Below, piece after piece: positions 18,663 to 33,812 of a stretch of DNA of 64,000 nt. The position numbers and the translations under genes were made by a program. Location of the stretch: NCBI RefSeq assembly GCF_009914755.1, contig NC_060926.1; one strand, written 5' to 3'. Each line of letters begins with the position of its first letter. Position 1 is the stretch's first letter. The notes beneath the pieces were generated by a model. The model was not told where the DNA came from. It ran no database searches and saw nothing but the letters and a program-made list of their open reading frames with translations. This stretch comes from the human T2T-CHM13v2.0 reference genome, Homo sapiens.

Positions 18663-18850
18663 TGGTTGTTCTCAACCCTGGCTATCTATTAGAATCATTT
18701 GGGGAGCTTTGTACAGTTGCCAGTGCTCTGGCCCCAGAACAAATCAGAATCTGTAGCTAGTGGAGTTGGGGTGAGGGAGTGTGCACAGAGATGGTAGCGT
18801 GCAGCCCAAGCACTGGAATTGCTCTATAAGCTCCCCAGGTGATACTAACA
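18663..18850. mobile_element. MER5-family hAT element
   Basis: gttctcaaccctggct...ttagaatcatttggggagcttt...ctccccaggtgatactaa. Confidence 0.6.
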
Positions 18851-18955
18851 GGTCTTTATCTCCTCATCTCCTCTTAGGAGAAGAGTTCCCTGAGAATCAA
18901 AGTGAGAGGCCCACATTTATTTTTGTATCTCCCAAAAAGCTGTAGCAGAAGGTAG

Positions 18956-19375
<420 letters not shown>

Positions 19376-22251
19376 TAGAAAACCTATATTGTGCCAGGTA
19401 TGAGGAAGATAGCTTCTTCCCCTCCCCAATGCCCACCTCATGTAAAGAAAGATAAGAACCAAATTATCTGCCCTCAGGGAATGTGGTCAAATGGAAGAAA
19501 GAGAGACAGGGAGGGAGGGAGAGGGGGTGGAGGGAACTAGTAAGGCATCAACAAAAATAGCTACTACCTATAAACTAATGCTAACCAAAGAGAAGGGCAG
19601 CAGATGGTTGGGAATGTTTAGGGATGGGGTGGGATGGGACAGGTGGATGGATGGATGAAAGGAAAGTGGTAATGGTTTCCTTATTTGTCTCCATGATGAA
19701 AAAAGAAGCCATTAAGACCAACTTTCATCACATTCCAGTTCTTATTGGAATTGATGCAATTAAGAAAATGTAAAATAGCGTGTTTTTTGTGTATTCTTTA
19801 GGCTTGAGTCTTTACTTTTGAGGAATGTTAACACAATACGGTGAATTTTAATGATTACTGCTTGTGTTCCTTTCAGAAAAATGCCTTTTAACATGTTTCT
19901 TATTAGAGAGGAATGAAATTTTTTTTTCAGGTCTTTAGTGGTTAGGAAAGTTGCAGTTCACATGAGCACCAGTTAGAGACGATTATAACCCAACGGTGTG
20001 GTTGTGCCATTTAAGGAGAGCTCAGCTGACACTTTTTGAAATTGTGGAAAAATGTTAGTTTGAGAGCCAAATGGCAGCGGTTTGGCCCTAGAAGAATTAC
20101 ACAGAGTTCTCAGTAATATAGTTATTCTAAGGCCTTAGAAATGGCCTGGCCCAGACTGCCTTGGCACTCTGCACCCTGGAAAGAGAGGTTGTTATGAGCT
20201 CAGAGCCACATGGCCTCTCAATCCCTGGGCTTATCCTGGAATCTATATCATTACACTCCCCATTCAAAGCTGTTTCTACCTTATCACCTAAGTTTGTTTT
20301 AACTATAATATACAATCAAAAAAGTTAAGTTCTTCAGGAAGCAGTAAGGCACGTGCTGACCATCGTGAGCTATTCTCCAGCTACCTTAAAGGATTGTCAG
20401 TAAGATCCTCTGGTACTTACATTCGCTTTGAGAAGCATCTGTGAACAACTACAGAGAGGTGGGAAGATCATTATTTTAAAACTTATTTTAAGTTTTAATG
20501 GGTTCCAGCGATCATTTTGGTGATGCGTTCTTAAGACCCAAATTATGAAAGCTGACAACCTAACAGGTGTTGGAAGACTGCAGCAGGACATCTCTGCCAT
20601 TTTACATTTAACATGAGTTACCTGGTTATTTTGGCTACTCTCACATGTGGGAAGAGGGTGGGTGGCACCATCCTCCTCCTGCCATGGCTTCTGAAGCACA
20701 GGATGAGGTTAAACGGAAGTCACCTGCTCTTCTTCCTGGGTGGTCATAGCTTGCATTCATTTAACGACTGTTGATCGAATACCTGCCATGTTTCCGGTGC
20801 TGTGCTGAGAGGATGGCAAATAAAACAGACGGCACCCAAACCCTGAGTGGAGAAACTGGACAATAAAGAAGACAGGGACAGGGGAGAGAGAAACAGAGAT
20901 ACATAGATGAGTTTTTATCATCTATAATTTCCCTTGCAGGAAAGAAGTGATTAATTATTAATAGTGAGGGTGATTGATTTTTTTAAATTCTGAATATTGA
21001 TATTTGTTAGACCATAGGTTCATTTTTTTCAACAAGAATTTGTGGAGTACCTACTATGATCAAGAGAATGTGCTTATGGATTTAAGAACCCATGATTTAA
21101 TAATCCCTTGTTTTGTTTTTATTATTTTATAACAAAGTAATAGTTTTTAGCTTTCCCATGATACAAATAGACTTTAGTGACAATAAAAATATTAGAAGAA
21201 ACTAATGATTTCTAGCCGCTAGCAAACAAGTTGCTTTGTTCTTTCAACTTTTCATCTGGTATTAAATATCATTGCCCACTGCTCCCCCGACCCCCACCAA
21301 CCAAAAATAAAGAAAAAGAGAGAAAGAGACGGGAGAGAGGATGAAGAGATGCACAGAGGGATAAATAGGCAGATGGATTGATAAAGGTAGTTAAATTTGG
21401 AGGCCATGCTATGAAGAAAATAAATCGGTATGGTTGAAAAAGTAATGGGAATGGGAGAGGAAACTAGGGAGGTGAAGGTTCACCAAAGACCTTTCTAAGG
21501 AGACGATAATTAACATTTAAGTTGAGGCCTAAAAGAAGAGAAGGAGTGAAGGGGGGCAGTGCTTAGGGAGAAGGAGAGAGTATGTTCATATAATACATGT
21601 TCATACACGTATGGCGGGATGTGTTAGGGGTGGGGGCAGGCACAGTGGGGAGCGTTCACCCAGAGGGACTTGCCTTCCTACAGTATCGAGGTGGGGGAGA
21701 GATTGGTGTGCTTGAGGGTACTGAAAGCAGGAGAAGTTGCCAAGCAGTGAGTCAGGCAGTAGACTGGGGCCAAGAACTCACAGGACCTTGAGGGCTCAGG
21801 GAGGGTCACTTGGCTGAGGGGGCTGTGAGCTCTTCTTTTGGATGCCCTGCCTGGCTCTGCCTAACATCTTGATGATATCGTCAGGGAGATGCAGTTGTAG
21901 TGTCAGAAGGTGGGAGACAGGAGCCCTGTTTGCACACCCTTCCCAAACCTCAGTCAAGGGATCCATGTGCTTGTTTTGCAAGATCCTGGAACCACGTAAG
22001 GTAGCAAGTCACTAATTAGAAAGTTTGCGGTGTTTTGCATTAAAGCTTGTTAAAAGTTGTCAGAGCAGGTTAAGCACTCTCACCTTGCCCCAGGGGCATA
22101 TACAGCTTTTCTGAATGTTGTTTTGATGTTACTCTTTGTTGTACAATATGCAGCTTTTTAGCATCTAGGGTCACTGATCTTTGAGAATGGGACCACAAAG
22201 TCATGTCAGCCCAGCTGTGTCCTCCCATCTTGGTTTTGCTGTTCACAGTAA

Positions 22252-22636
22252 TGTATTTGCATGCTAGGGAGGCCATAATAAAATACCAAAGACTGGGTGG
22301 CTTAAACAACAGAAGCTTGTTTCTCACTATTCTGGAGGTTAGAAGTCCAGGATCAAGGCACCAGCAGGCTTGGTTTCTCCTGAGGCCTTGCCCCTTGGCT
22401 TGCAGGTGGCTGTCTTCTCACTGTGTCCTCACTTGGCCTTTTCTCTGTGCACACACATCCCTGGAGCCTCTCCCTCTGCTTATAAGGACATCAGTCCTGT
22501 TGGATTAGGGCTCCACCCCTATCACCTCATTTAACCTTAATTACCTCTTTAGGGCCGAATCTCCAAATACAGTCACATTGGGGGTTAGGGTTTCCATAAA
22601 TGAATTGGTGGGGGGGACATGATTTAGTCCCTAACA
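22252..22636 (-). mobile_element. MLT1A0-type MaLR solo LTR
   Basis: TG...CA ends, 5-bp TSD AGTAA, gggtggcttaaacaacagaa motif. Confidence 0.88.
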
Positions 22637-23957
22637 AGTAACGATTATCTACCGAGTGCTTAGCACACGCAGATGCCAGGGTCAGTGCTTTACTTGGATT
22701 CATATATTGCAGTCCCCATGACAGCCCTATGAAGTCCCATTTCAGAGATTTGGAAACCAATACACAGAAAGATGAAATGAGTTGCACAGATTGTATGATT
22801 AGTGAGTGGAATTCAAATTGTGTGCTATCAAAGTACCATTGAACCTCACACTGTTTCTCAATCTCTTGGTGTCCCCTCTGGGAGTCCCACTGTGAGTGAG
22901 TGGGACTTGCTCAACTTGCTCCCACGCCCCACTAAGCCGTGCCCGCCTCCATCCTGAGGCGCGCAGTCCCACTCTGCCTTCTCCCTAGAGTCACATATTA
23001 TTTGCATTGATGTAGTCCCCTCTGCTAGCCAGTCATCTGGCCTCTCCAGACACGTCCCCCCGGCCCTTGTGTCTTTAGTAATAGCTGCAGGAGTAGGTTC
23101 CATATTTGACTGATTCCCCAGGAGACATGCAAGCCTGGTGTTATCAGGTGTTACCTATCATCACCAGTCCCCAAGTTCTCCTGCTCATGATTTCAGGGTG
23201 TAGGTCACACATTCTGCTGGGAAGATAAAAGTTGTTGTTGTTGTTGTTGTGAGTGTTCGTCTATGTTTGGGCTACATCTTTTGTACTCTGACATCTTTGT
23301 TAGAATTCCGAGTGGAGAAATGACTTGGGGCCCAGAATCTTCTAATTATTAGGTTTCCTCTTGCCCAGAAATGCTAACAGAAAGATCTGTCTCCCTAGTG
23401 CTCAGAAACGTTAGGACAAATGACAAAAGCTGCAGCAAGTGATAAAGGAAAGGACACTAGCCAGAGGCAGTGAGCTGCAGGAATCCTAAGCATGACACAG
23501 AGACAGAGGGATCATGGTGTCATTGACCTGCATGGCTTCTGGCAGTTAGACCAGCTCTTTGGCAATGTGATGTTTCAAGGCCAAATCAGCCCTTATTGTG
23601 TTCCTCTGTCCTTCTAGCTTATGTGTGTCCTCCACACCTGCTTCTGTGCTCTTGTTTACTTACCACTTCAAGGTTGAAAAAGATAAGAATATTTCTTGAT
23701 TGGTGGTCTCAATGAGGTATCTTTGAAGTTTATGGAATTTCCCATTTGTAATAGATCTTAGCAAAAATCGATTCTATATTCATTTTAGTGATACTGCCCA
23801 TGGGGGCAGAAAGGTAGGATGAAATTCACCCCAGATTCCAGTCTTGTTTTAAGCACAAATAACCAAAGGGCCCGATGTGAAGGCACATAAAGTACTTGAT
23901 ATGGCTTGCTACTACTGACAGTGGGTAACATGCAGGATCTGGTGTGGAACCAGCTCA

Positions 23958-25270
23958 GTAATCTAAATGTAAGAGCTAACACTCGAAAACTCTTAGAAGA
24001 AAATATAGATGGACATCTTCATGACCTTGGATTAGGCACCAAGAGAATAACAACCAACAAAAAATAGATAAATTGAACTTCATCAAAATTAAAAAATGTT
24101 TGTGCTACAAAGGGTACTATCAAAAAAGTGAAAAGAGGCTGGGCACAGTGGCTCATGACGCCTGCAATCTCAGCACTTTGGGAGGCTAAGACATGAGAAT
24201 TGCTTGAGGCCAGAAGTTCAAGACCAGCCTGAGTCTTGAAGTGAGACCTACTCTCTACCGCCCCCACCCAAAAAAAAAAGAAGAAGGAAAAAAAAAGTAG
24301 TGAAAAGATCATCACAGATTAGGAGAAAATATTTGCAAACCATGTATCTGATAAGGGACTTCTATCAAGTCTATATAAGGAACTCTTACAATTCAATAAC
24401 CACAAGACAGCCCACTCAGAAACGGGCAAATGATCTGAATAGACATTTATCCAAAGAAGATGTACAGAAGTCCCATAAGCACATGAAAAGAAGCTCTACA
24501 CCATTAGCCATCAAGGAAATTCTGATCAAAACCGCAATGAGATACCACTTCACGTCCACTAGGATGGCTATAGTAATTATTTTTAAAGGCAATCTTAGGC
24601 TAGCAAGGATAAAGAGAAATTAGAACCCTCACCCAAAACTGATAGGATTGTAAAATTGTATAGCTGCTTTGGACAATAGTCTGGCAGTTCCTCAGAAGGT
24701 TAAACATACAGTTTAACCTGAATATATTAATCACCAATTTTTAAGAGAAATGAAAACATATACCTACACAAAAACTTGTATGTGAATATTTATTTTAACA
24801 TTATTCATAATAGCCAAAAAGTAGAAACAACCCAAATGCTGATCAAATTGATAAATAAAATGTGGTATATGCATACGATGGAATATTATTTGGCCCTAAA
24901 AAGTAATAAAGTGCTAATACAGGCTACAATGTGGATGAACCTGAAAGTAGTATGCTAAGTGAAAGGAGCCAATGACACATGGCCACATTATATGATTCGA
25001 TCATATGAAGTGGCCATAATAGGCAATCCATGAAGACAGAGAGTGCATTGGTGGAGCCAAGGCCTAAAGGTAGTGGGGTGGGCAGTGAGAGAAGAAATAG
25101 GGGTTGATTGCTAATAAGCATTGAGTTTCTGTTTGGGGGTGATAAAGATGTTCTAAAATTGATTGTGGGAATGATTATACAGCTCTGTGAATATCATAAA
25201 AAGCATTGAATTGTCCACTCTAAGTAGGCGAATTGTGTAGTATAGAAATGAAATCTCAATGAAGCTGTTG
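23958..25270 (+). mobile_element. L1MB-like 3' fragment
   Basis: Degenerate ORF2 end (ORF 24300) and 3' UTR ending atctcaatgaagctgtt. Confidence 0.8.
24137..24298 (+). mobile_element. FLAM / Alu left monomer inside the L1MB
   Basis: ggctgggcacagtggctcatg...A-rich tail; TSD agtgaaaaga. Confidence 0.8.
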
Positions 25271-25397
25271 AGTAAAATCTCAATGAAGCAATTATTTTTT
25301 CTTAAAGTAGGTATATCATCCTAATAATAGAGGAGAAAAACTGAAGTTTACTATATGGTATTCCAAATTGAGCAGTTTGAGTTTAGGATGAAGGATT

Positions 25398-25401
<4 letters not shown>

Positions 25402-25440
<39 letters not shown>
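25402..25440. repeat. (TG)19 microsatellite
   Basis: Perfect dinucleotide run. Confidence 0.97.
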
Positions 25441-25444
<4 letters not shown>

Positions 25445-26029
25445 CTGGAATATTGAAATTTTAAAGACGCCAGGTTCTTGGGACATATCTTCTTTTTCAC
25501 AGACTCCAGGAGTTGGATACCCAGTCCCCAATCCCTCTTTGAGTTCATTCCCTTGATTCAGTTAGAGCTAGACATAAGACATTTTTTCTTCCCCTTCTGC
25601 TCTTTTGAGATCTCTTAAAGGATTTTAAGATTTTATAAAACCATACTCTGGTTAGCGCGATAAACCTCAAGGATCATAATGTATATGCCCGGAGCTGCCT
25701 TATCTGACTGGTAATAGTTCTCTTTAGCATAGAGCAGCCTCAGAAATCTAAATGTCTTCAGGAGCCGAACAGATAACCAATAAATCTCATTAAAGCAGTG
25801 ACAAATTGTGGGGCCTATTGAGTCTCGGTTTCATAACTGAAATCTGGGTTGTAGTACACAGGTTGTTCTAGGAATAATGATACCTTCTTTTTGTAAGGAT
25901 CAAGTGAGATGGTGTTTAAGAAGGCACCGTATAACACGTAGCAAGCTATACAGTTATTAATTTGGATATGAAATGAAGTCTGTTCTTTTCTCAAAAAATT
26001 TGTAAAGATTAATTTTTATCATTTGATTG

Positions 26030-27045
<1,016 letters not shown>

Positions 27046-29629
27046 ATAAGTCTGTTACTTTGGCATCACTTCACATCCAGCTTACTCTGTGCATAAGAGA
27101 ATTTCACTCTTTTAACTGATTGCATTGGAATGCTGACCAACATGTCATTAGGAACAACTGTGGATTTTCTGTTACTTTATATTTAACTGGGCATGTTTGT
27201 GAAAGGATCCAGAACATCCTCCAACTTAATTTTCTTTGTATGTGTTAGGTTATTTCGATGCTCTAAAATTTTGACCAAATTGATTTTTAAGGTGTGGCCT
27301 GATTTCAAGGCAAAATTAGGGGTTATCAACTTATTTTATTAGATGTCTAATTCTGTAAATGAATATATATACAGAAGTGGATTTCCACTTGAAATAAGCT
27401 GTAATATTGACATCTCGCTATATTCAGAAATAAGATGTTTGAGTTGGGAGGGACCTTAGCAGTCACTCTCTTCAGCCATTCCCTTCATGCCCCCTGCAGC
27501 ACTCATAAGGGGGTTCATCTTTCCACTGTCAGAGATTCGAGTATCTGGAAGGACCTTGTACAATAAGCATACAACAAAAAAATTCTCCTTTTGTAGATGG
27601 TTGCTAACTGACCTTCATTTGAAATTGTTTTATGGTAGTTATTTGATGGGAGTTATCAGGTGAGATTTAGCCATCCAGAGCAAGCACTGCCTATTAAGAA
27701 TTTCATTGCTGTGTTTTTAAATATATGTAAAGCGTAAAAAGGGGTGGGGGAGTAGGCAGAAAGAGCCTAGAATCTGTATTCCCCTCAGTCTGTGATGAAG
27801 GAAGCCCTTTGCAAGCCTTGCTTTCACAACCTCAACATGGCATGGGCTTTGCTGTCAGTCAGGTCTGAGTTGGAATCCCAGCTCTGCCTCTCCTTCTCCA
27901 TGAACGGGGTCATGAGGGATTATGGGTATTTTGTGGGTAGGGAGGTATATTATACCCTCCTCGTGGGGCAGCTGGGATGCCTACCTGAGATAGGAGATGG
28001 AGGGCACTGGCACCAGGAAAGCACTGGGTCTGTTTCCTTTTCTTACCTCTTTCTCTTTCTCCTCTTCCACATGTTTTCTCTCATCACTTAGGTCACTTAT
28101 AGAAATCGTTCTTTTTACTTCTATTTCAATCAATTTTGGAAATTTCTCCAAAAAGATAATAATGGTAATGAATACTTAAGCAGTAACATTTAGCAAGTCC
28201 CTTTTATGTACCAGGAATATCAAGTACATTTCATGCATTTTTTTTTCATTTACTTTTCACAAGAACTCATGAAGTAAGCTGCAATTAAGGCAGAGAGGAA
28301 ACGGAATGAGTGATGGAGTCAAGGTGTGAACCAAGCCCTAACTGACCCCAGAGCTCTTAATCACTCTGTATATTGCCCCTATATCTAATTTTAGGAATGC
28401 TCAGTTGTCTGTGTTTCCACCCCCATCCAGATGATGATAATATGAAAACAGTAACAGCTGGTGCATACCTCGCACTGAGCACTGGTCTGCCTGCTTTCCA
28501 CATATTAACTCATATAAGGCTCACTGTAACCTGTCACAGGTTCTATTGCTGTCTCCATTTTTGTGATCCCCATTTTTTAGGTGAGGAAATGAAGGTGCAG
28601 AGACGCTAAGTAACTTGCCCACTTACTCAGGTTCACATAGAGTTACAATTGATGTTCAGTCTGTCGTTCCTAATGCCTCCGGTGTCTTTCCCCTATCACT
28701 TCATCATTTCTTAAAATTCATTTTAAGCCCATTTCAGACCAATCAGAGAAGAGATGGGAACTCCCTCCTGCTTAGCTTAGACATCCGAGCTACTCTTTCC
28801 AGTAACCTGTAGAATTCTTTCCTTATCCTTGCTGCAGTCTTTCTAAAGTGGTGATATATTGGACACTTCATCCAAAGGCTGAACTGAGACTAATGCCTAA
28901 GCAAGAAAGAAAAAATAGCAAATTCATTAACTAGGAATCTATTTACAGTCAATTCCCAAGGCTCATTGTGCAGTCAGTGGTTCTGCATCATTTAGAGTTG
29001 CTAATAAATGAAAGTCTTTGCGTCTTTCCAAGTGCCTTGATATTTACAAGTCTCATATTTTACCATAGGAAATGGCTTCAACAAGCATATTCATGTGTTG
29101 ACAGTTCTAATTAATACAAGTAATTAGCCCTGACAGAACTGTGAAAAGGAGACCCATTCATAAATTTGCTAATTATGTTACTCTGCTCAGAATTTAATCG
29201 CAGTCTAGTCTTTAATCATATCTGTATATGGGCAAAAGGCCATCTTACTAAATTCTTCAGGCTTTTACATTTACTTCTGGCAAGAGGATTTTACTGAAAT
29301 TAATTTGTGGCTGCAATTTAATTTTCCAGTATGCAGGAACTGGTAAAGAACACAGATTATAATCTTTCTGGAAAGAAACAAGAAAATGAGAAAAGGCAGA
29401 CAAGGGAGGAGGAAGGCATCAAGTACATACCATATGCTTTCTTACATGTAAAGCTTGTACGTTTCTACCTATTTTAATGCCTTTTCTGAAAATAAAGATA
29501 GTCTTATTTAGGCCACTGGTAGGTTTATGGTACAGAAAATTTGAAGATGGTTGGTTACTTTGATCCAAAGTTGAGCCCTCTTCTCTTGGATGTAAATAGC
29601 CTACTTTTTCAAGTGCTTTTGTTCTTGAG

Positions 29630-29858
29630 CAGGGGTTCTCAACCTTGGCACTATTGGAACTTTGGGCTGGATGATTCCTTGATTCCTTGTCGAGGTGAGT
29701 GTGACTGCCCTGTGTATTGTGCAGTGTTGAGTAGCATCCCTGGCCTCTACCCACTAGACGCAAGCGCACCTCTCCCCTAGTTCTGACCCCCAAAAGTGTC
29801 CCCAGATGTTGCCAGTTGTCTCCTGGGGAGCAAAATCACCCCTGGTTGAGAACCGCTA
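29630..29858. mobile_element. MER20 hAT element
   Basis: TIRs caggggttctcaacc/ggttgagaaccgct; 8-bp TSD ttcttgag/tgcttgag. Confidence 0.85.
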
Positions 29859-30279
29859 TGCTTGAGAGTAACTTAAGATAAAAAAAGAATCCAGTAAAAC
29901 TTCTATATAGAACACTTATAGCAGCTGTAGCAAAATCAGTAAAGCACCTTTTCTTGGAATCATTTACCAGGCATCATGATACAGAACTCAGATTTGGAAT
30001 GATATTCCTTGAATTACAATACTTCCTTCCTACTTTTTCAGCATTAAGCTCCCTCTGGTCCTCTTAGATAGAAAGTAGAGTTGTGCTTGGTAGTAAAGTA
30101 GCTTATCTAAAACCCCTTTACTTTTCTTTTTGTTAGTAGATACACTGGGCTCTTCATATTCATGGATTTAACATTTGAAGTTTTGACTACTCGCGGGTGA
30201 CCCCAGTGTTCTGAGTAATCAACTCCCAGTGTTCTTTGTCTTCCTTTCCAGTTCATTGATTCCTTACTTTGTGGTCTTG

Positions 30280-31500
30280 CTCTTCTCCCTCCACTGCTTA
30301 GATTTCTGGTCCATATAAATACCTTCCATGCCCTTGCTTCTCACCCTTCTTCCATTTACCTGGAAAAATCCCAGACTTGAGTGAGCCTGGCCACTAGGCT
30401 TCTTGGAATGTGGATCTGGCAGCTAAGCCTTATTAGAGAACATGACTCAGCAGAGCAGACTGAGCCTATCATACATGCACATTAACCTCTCAACTATCCT
30501 AGACCTCCCTAAGAAAATGGAATCCACCCCTAGGCAATGCCCCCAACCTCCCATCATGAAAACTACAAACGAACCTATTCTGTACTCACCACCCCCTACT
30601 TAACTCCTTCCTTCCTGACAACTGAGCAGGGAAGTCTTCTTCCCTTATCAAAAGCTAATCCTTCACCCACCTACCCCAGCTTCTCAGAAAAATATTTTGT
30701 CATTGAGTATCCCCTTTTCCCTTGTGTCTTCAGCCTCTCAGTCTCTACTGGATCCCTCCCATCAACACTGAAAGATATTCTTAGTCTCTCTCCTCTCCTA
30801 TCTTGAGAGAGAGAGGAAGAGAGCAAGTGAGTATGCAGTAACACACAGCAGCCTTTCAGTAACCATCCTTCCCCGTTCCATTTACATTCATATTGTCCTC
30901 TTCAACTTTGAATCTTGCCTCTACTACTACAGTCATGTTGCTACTCCCATTAGTCCAATAAAACAGTTCTAGCTAAGATCCCCTGCACCCTCTATGTTGC
31001 TAAGGCCTGGAGTCACTTTCCTTCCCCAAATTTACTTAACATAGTTAACTACTCCTTCCTTGAAACCATACCTTTTTTCTTTCTTGTTTTCCCAATGTCA
31101 CACTTTCCTGGCTTTCCTAATATGGTCTGGTCTCTTTCCTGGGTCTTCTTTGCAGGCCCACCCACCTCCACTTTACCTTTGAACATCAGCCTTCCTAATG
31201 ACTTAATTGTAGCTCTTCTTTTCTTCTCCCAAGGCTTTAGTTGCTATTTATATGCTGGCAACTTCCAAATTTATCTCTTCAGCCCAGTTTTCTTTCTGAG
31301 CCTCTAAAATTACAAATAAACATATTCAAGGACATCTCAGATGCATCATGTACAAACTGAATTTATAATTCTTTTATACCTTTGCAACTCATTCCTTTTG
31401 GCCTTTTGGACGTAGTGAGTAACCAAGCCTTCTTGATGGTAACTCAAGATACATCTCAAATCCTTTCACTTCTTTTTACATCCATTAGTGAAAGCCACTG
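30280..31500 (-). mobile_element. L2 fragments
   Basis: Pyrimidine-rich L2 motifs (ccttccttgaaac, tcccaaggctttagttgc, catctcagatgcatcatgtacaaactgaa). Confidence 0.55.
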
Positions 31501-31509
31501 TTCTTTACA

Positions 31510-32400
31510 AATGGATAGTAGAAGGTGAGGATGTAGAAATAAGAGCCAGGTCACACAGGGCCTTTTAGGCCATCTGGGACTCTGATTTTTCTCTGAATGA
31601 GATGGACCCCATTAGAGGGTTTTGCTCAGAGGAGTAACATAATCTAACTCAACTTAGAAGGACCACTGTGGCTGCTGTATTGAGAATAATTTGTAGAGCA
31701 TCATAGTGGGTTGAATGTTATCCTCTGAAAGATATGACCACCCAGAACCTCCAAGTATGACCTCATTTGAAATAAGGCTCTTTGCAGGTAATTAAGGTAA
31801 GGATCTCAAGATGAGATCATCCTGGGTTAGGGTCAGGTGTCCTGATAAGAGACAGAAATGGAGAAAGCAGACACAGATGAATGAGCCATGTGAAGACAGA
31901 TTGGAGAACAGTCACAAGCCAGGGAACACCAAGGATGGCCAGCACCACCCAAGCTGGGCTAGAGGCATGGAATGGGTTCTCCTGCAGAGCCTCCAGAAGG
32001 AACCAACCCTGCCAACAACCTTGATGTCAGACTTCTGGCTTCCCAAATTGCAAGAGAATAAAGTTCTGTTGTTTTAAGGAACTCAGTTTGCAATAATTTG
32101 TTATAGCAACCCTAGGAAACTGATACAAGCATCAAGGGTAAAAGCAGAAGGCCAGTAGGAGTCCATTGCAGTAATCCAGGCAAGAGAGGACTGCGGCTCC
32201 ACTTAGTAGCTGTGGAGGAGGTGTGAAGAGGTCAGCTTCTGGACACATTTTGCAGTAAAATGAAAGGATTTTTTGACAGAATGCCTGCAATTGTGAGAGA
32301 GAGAAGTGAAGAATGACTAAGGTTTTTGGCCAAAACCACTGGAAAGTTGAAAGTAGTTCAGGTTTACAGGAATTAGAGTTCAGTCTCAGAGGTGTATACA
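31510..32400 (+). mobile_element. L2 fragment interrupted by an MLT1 LTR
   Basis: gggccttttaggccat...agaaggaccactgtggctgctg, resuming at 32128 with gcagtaatccaggcaagaga. Confidence 0.65.
31702..32127 (+). mobile_element. MLT1B/C-type solo LTR
   Basis: 5-bp TSD AGCAT; gggttgaatg start and gcaaccctaggaaactgataca end. Confidence 0.85.
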
Positions 32401-32422
32401 TTGAGAGAATTAGTAGAGCTCC

Positions 32423-32822
32423 ATGTGCCATCATCCTGGAGCCCTGTTGACTTTTAGGGATGGCACCATGTTTGAGAGGCTACAGAGGAGACCCAGAGCC
32501 AGTAAGCAAGACATAGAGTTTATAGAGAGGACTTACAGCATAGTCCAGTGGCAGCGGGCTAGACAGGAGAACCGCAATTGCTTGAAAAAGCACGAAGTTT
32601 ATAGCAAAGACACAATGAAAAAAAAAACATGGGCCGATATCACTGATGAACATAGACAGAAAAATCCTCAAAAAAATACTAGCAAACTGAATATAGCAGC
32701 ACATCAAAAAGTTAATTTACCATGATCAAGTAGGCATCATTCCTGGGGTATAAGGTTGGTTCAACATACGCAAATCAATAAATGTGACTCGCCACATAAA
32801 AACCATATGATTGTCTCAATAA
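32423..32822. mobile_element. Chimera: antisense ERVL-like LTR fragment fused to a sense L1 ORF2 fragment
   Basis: LTR-like gagacccagagccag...tccagtggcagcgggctagaca to ~32603, then L1 gcaaagacacaatg...tcaacatacgcaaatcaataaatgtga. Confidence 0.6.
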
Positions 32823-33080
32823 ATTGCTAGTTTTTCCAGCATTATTTGGGTGAGTAGTTAACTACTCTCCTAAATAAATAGATCCTTGATGCTACTCATC
32901 TTGGAGCTATGGAGAGTTCCCCAGGTGAGAAGCAGGTCAATCACAAGAAATGCCTGCAATTTGGACCATCTGTCCTTGCACTCTTCACCGTAAGGCTCAT
33001 CCTTGGTATCAGTTTTCTCTGCCTATGGTACCTAACTATATAGAAGGGATCCTCCTAGGGGCCTCCTCAGTAGCCCGAAA

Positions 33081-33373
33081 GCAACACTGTTCAGTAGAAG
33101 TATCTGCAGTAACGGACATGCTTCGTGTTTTCATTGTCCAACATGGGAGCCACTAGCCACAAGTGCTGAGCATGTGGAATGTATTTACAAATGGATAGTA
33201 GGAGGTGAGGATGTAGAAATAAATACAACTTAGTGCAACTGAGGAATTGAGTTTTCAGCTATGCATAATTTTAATTCATATAAATTTAAATAGCTATGTG
33301 TGCCTGATACATAATTTTAATTCATATAAATTTAAATAGCCATGTGTGCCTGGTGGCCATTGTATCAGTGCAG
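33081..33373. mobile_element. MER3 hAT element with an internal insertion and a 46-bp tandem duplication
   Basis: ctgttcagtagaagtatctgc...gccactagccaca...tagtgcaactgaggaattga; duplicated units at 33261-33306 and 33307-33352. Confidence 0.75.
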
Positions 33374-33380
33374 ATCTAGA

Positions 33381-33812
33381 GCATTGGTTCTAAAAGTGTT
33401 GCCTGGAAGCTTGTTAGAAATGCATATTTTTGGACCCTGACCTCAAACTCCTGGACTCAAGCAATCCTCCCACTTCAACCTTCTGAATAGCCAGCTGAGA
33501 CTACAGGCATAGGCCACCACATTCTTTTTAATTTTTTTTTTTTTTGGTAGAAATGGGAGTGGGGTGGGTTGTGGGGAGGTTGGGAGCATGGGAGATCTAC
33601 TGCACCAGAAGCTTTGCGTGTGAGACCCGGGATTATGTGTTTTAATAAGCTCTGCAGATGATTCTGTTGTACAATAAAATTTGAGAACCATTGCTGGGTC
33701 CCACTCTCAGAGTTCATGATTTAGTTGTTCTGGGATGAGGTCTGAGAATTTGCTTTTCTAACAAATTCCCTGATGATGCTGTGATGCAGATCTGGAAATC
33801 ATCTGAGAACCT
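33381..33812. mobile_element. MER5A copies with an internal antisense Alu fragment (~33441-33557)
   Basis: ggagcttgttagaaatgca and tttgagaacca motifs; ctcaagcaatcctccc is Alu-derived. Confidence 0.6.

Noticed and set aside
25251-25289. aaatctcaatgaagc duplicated at the L1MB end
   Set aside because: Small local duplication in a decayed repeat with no further implication.
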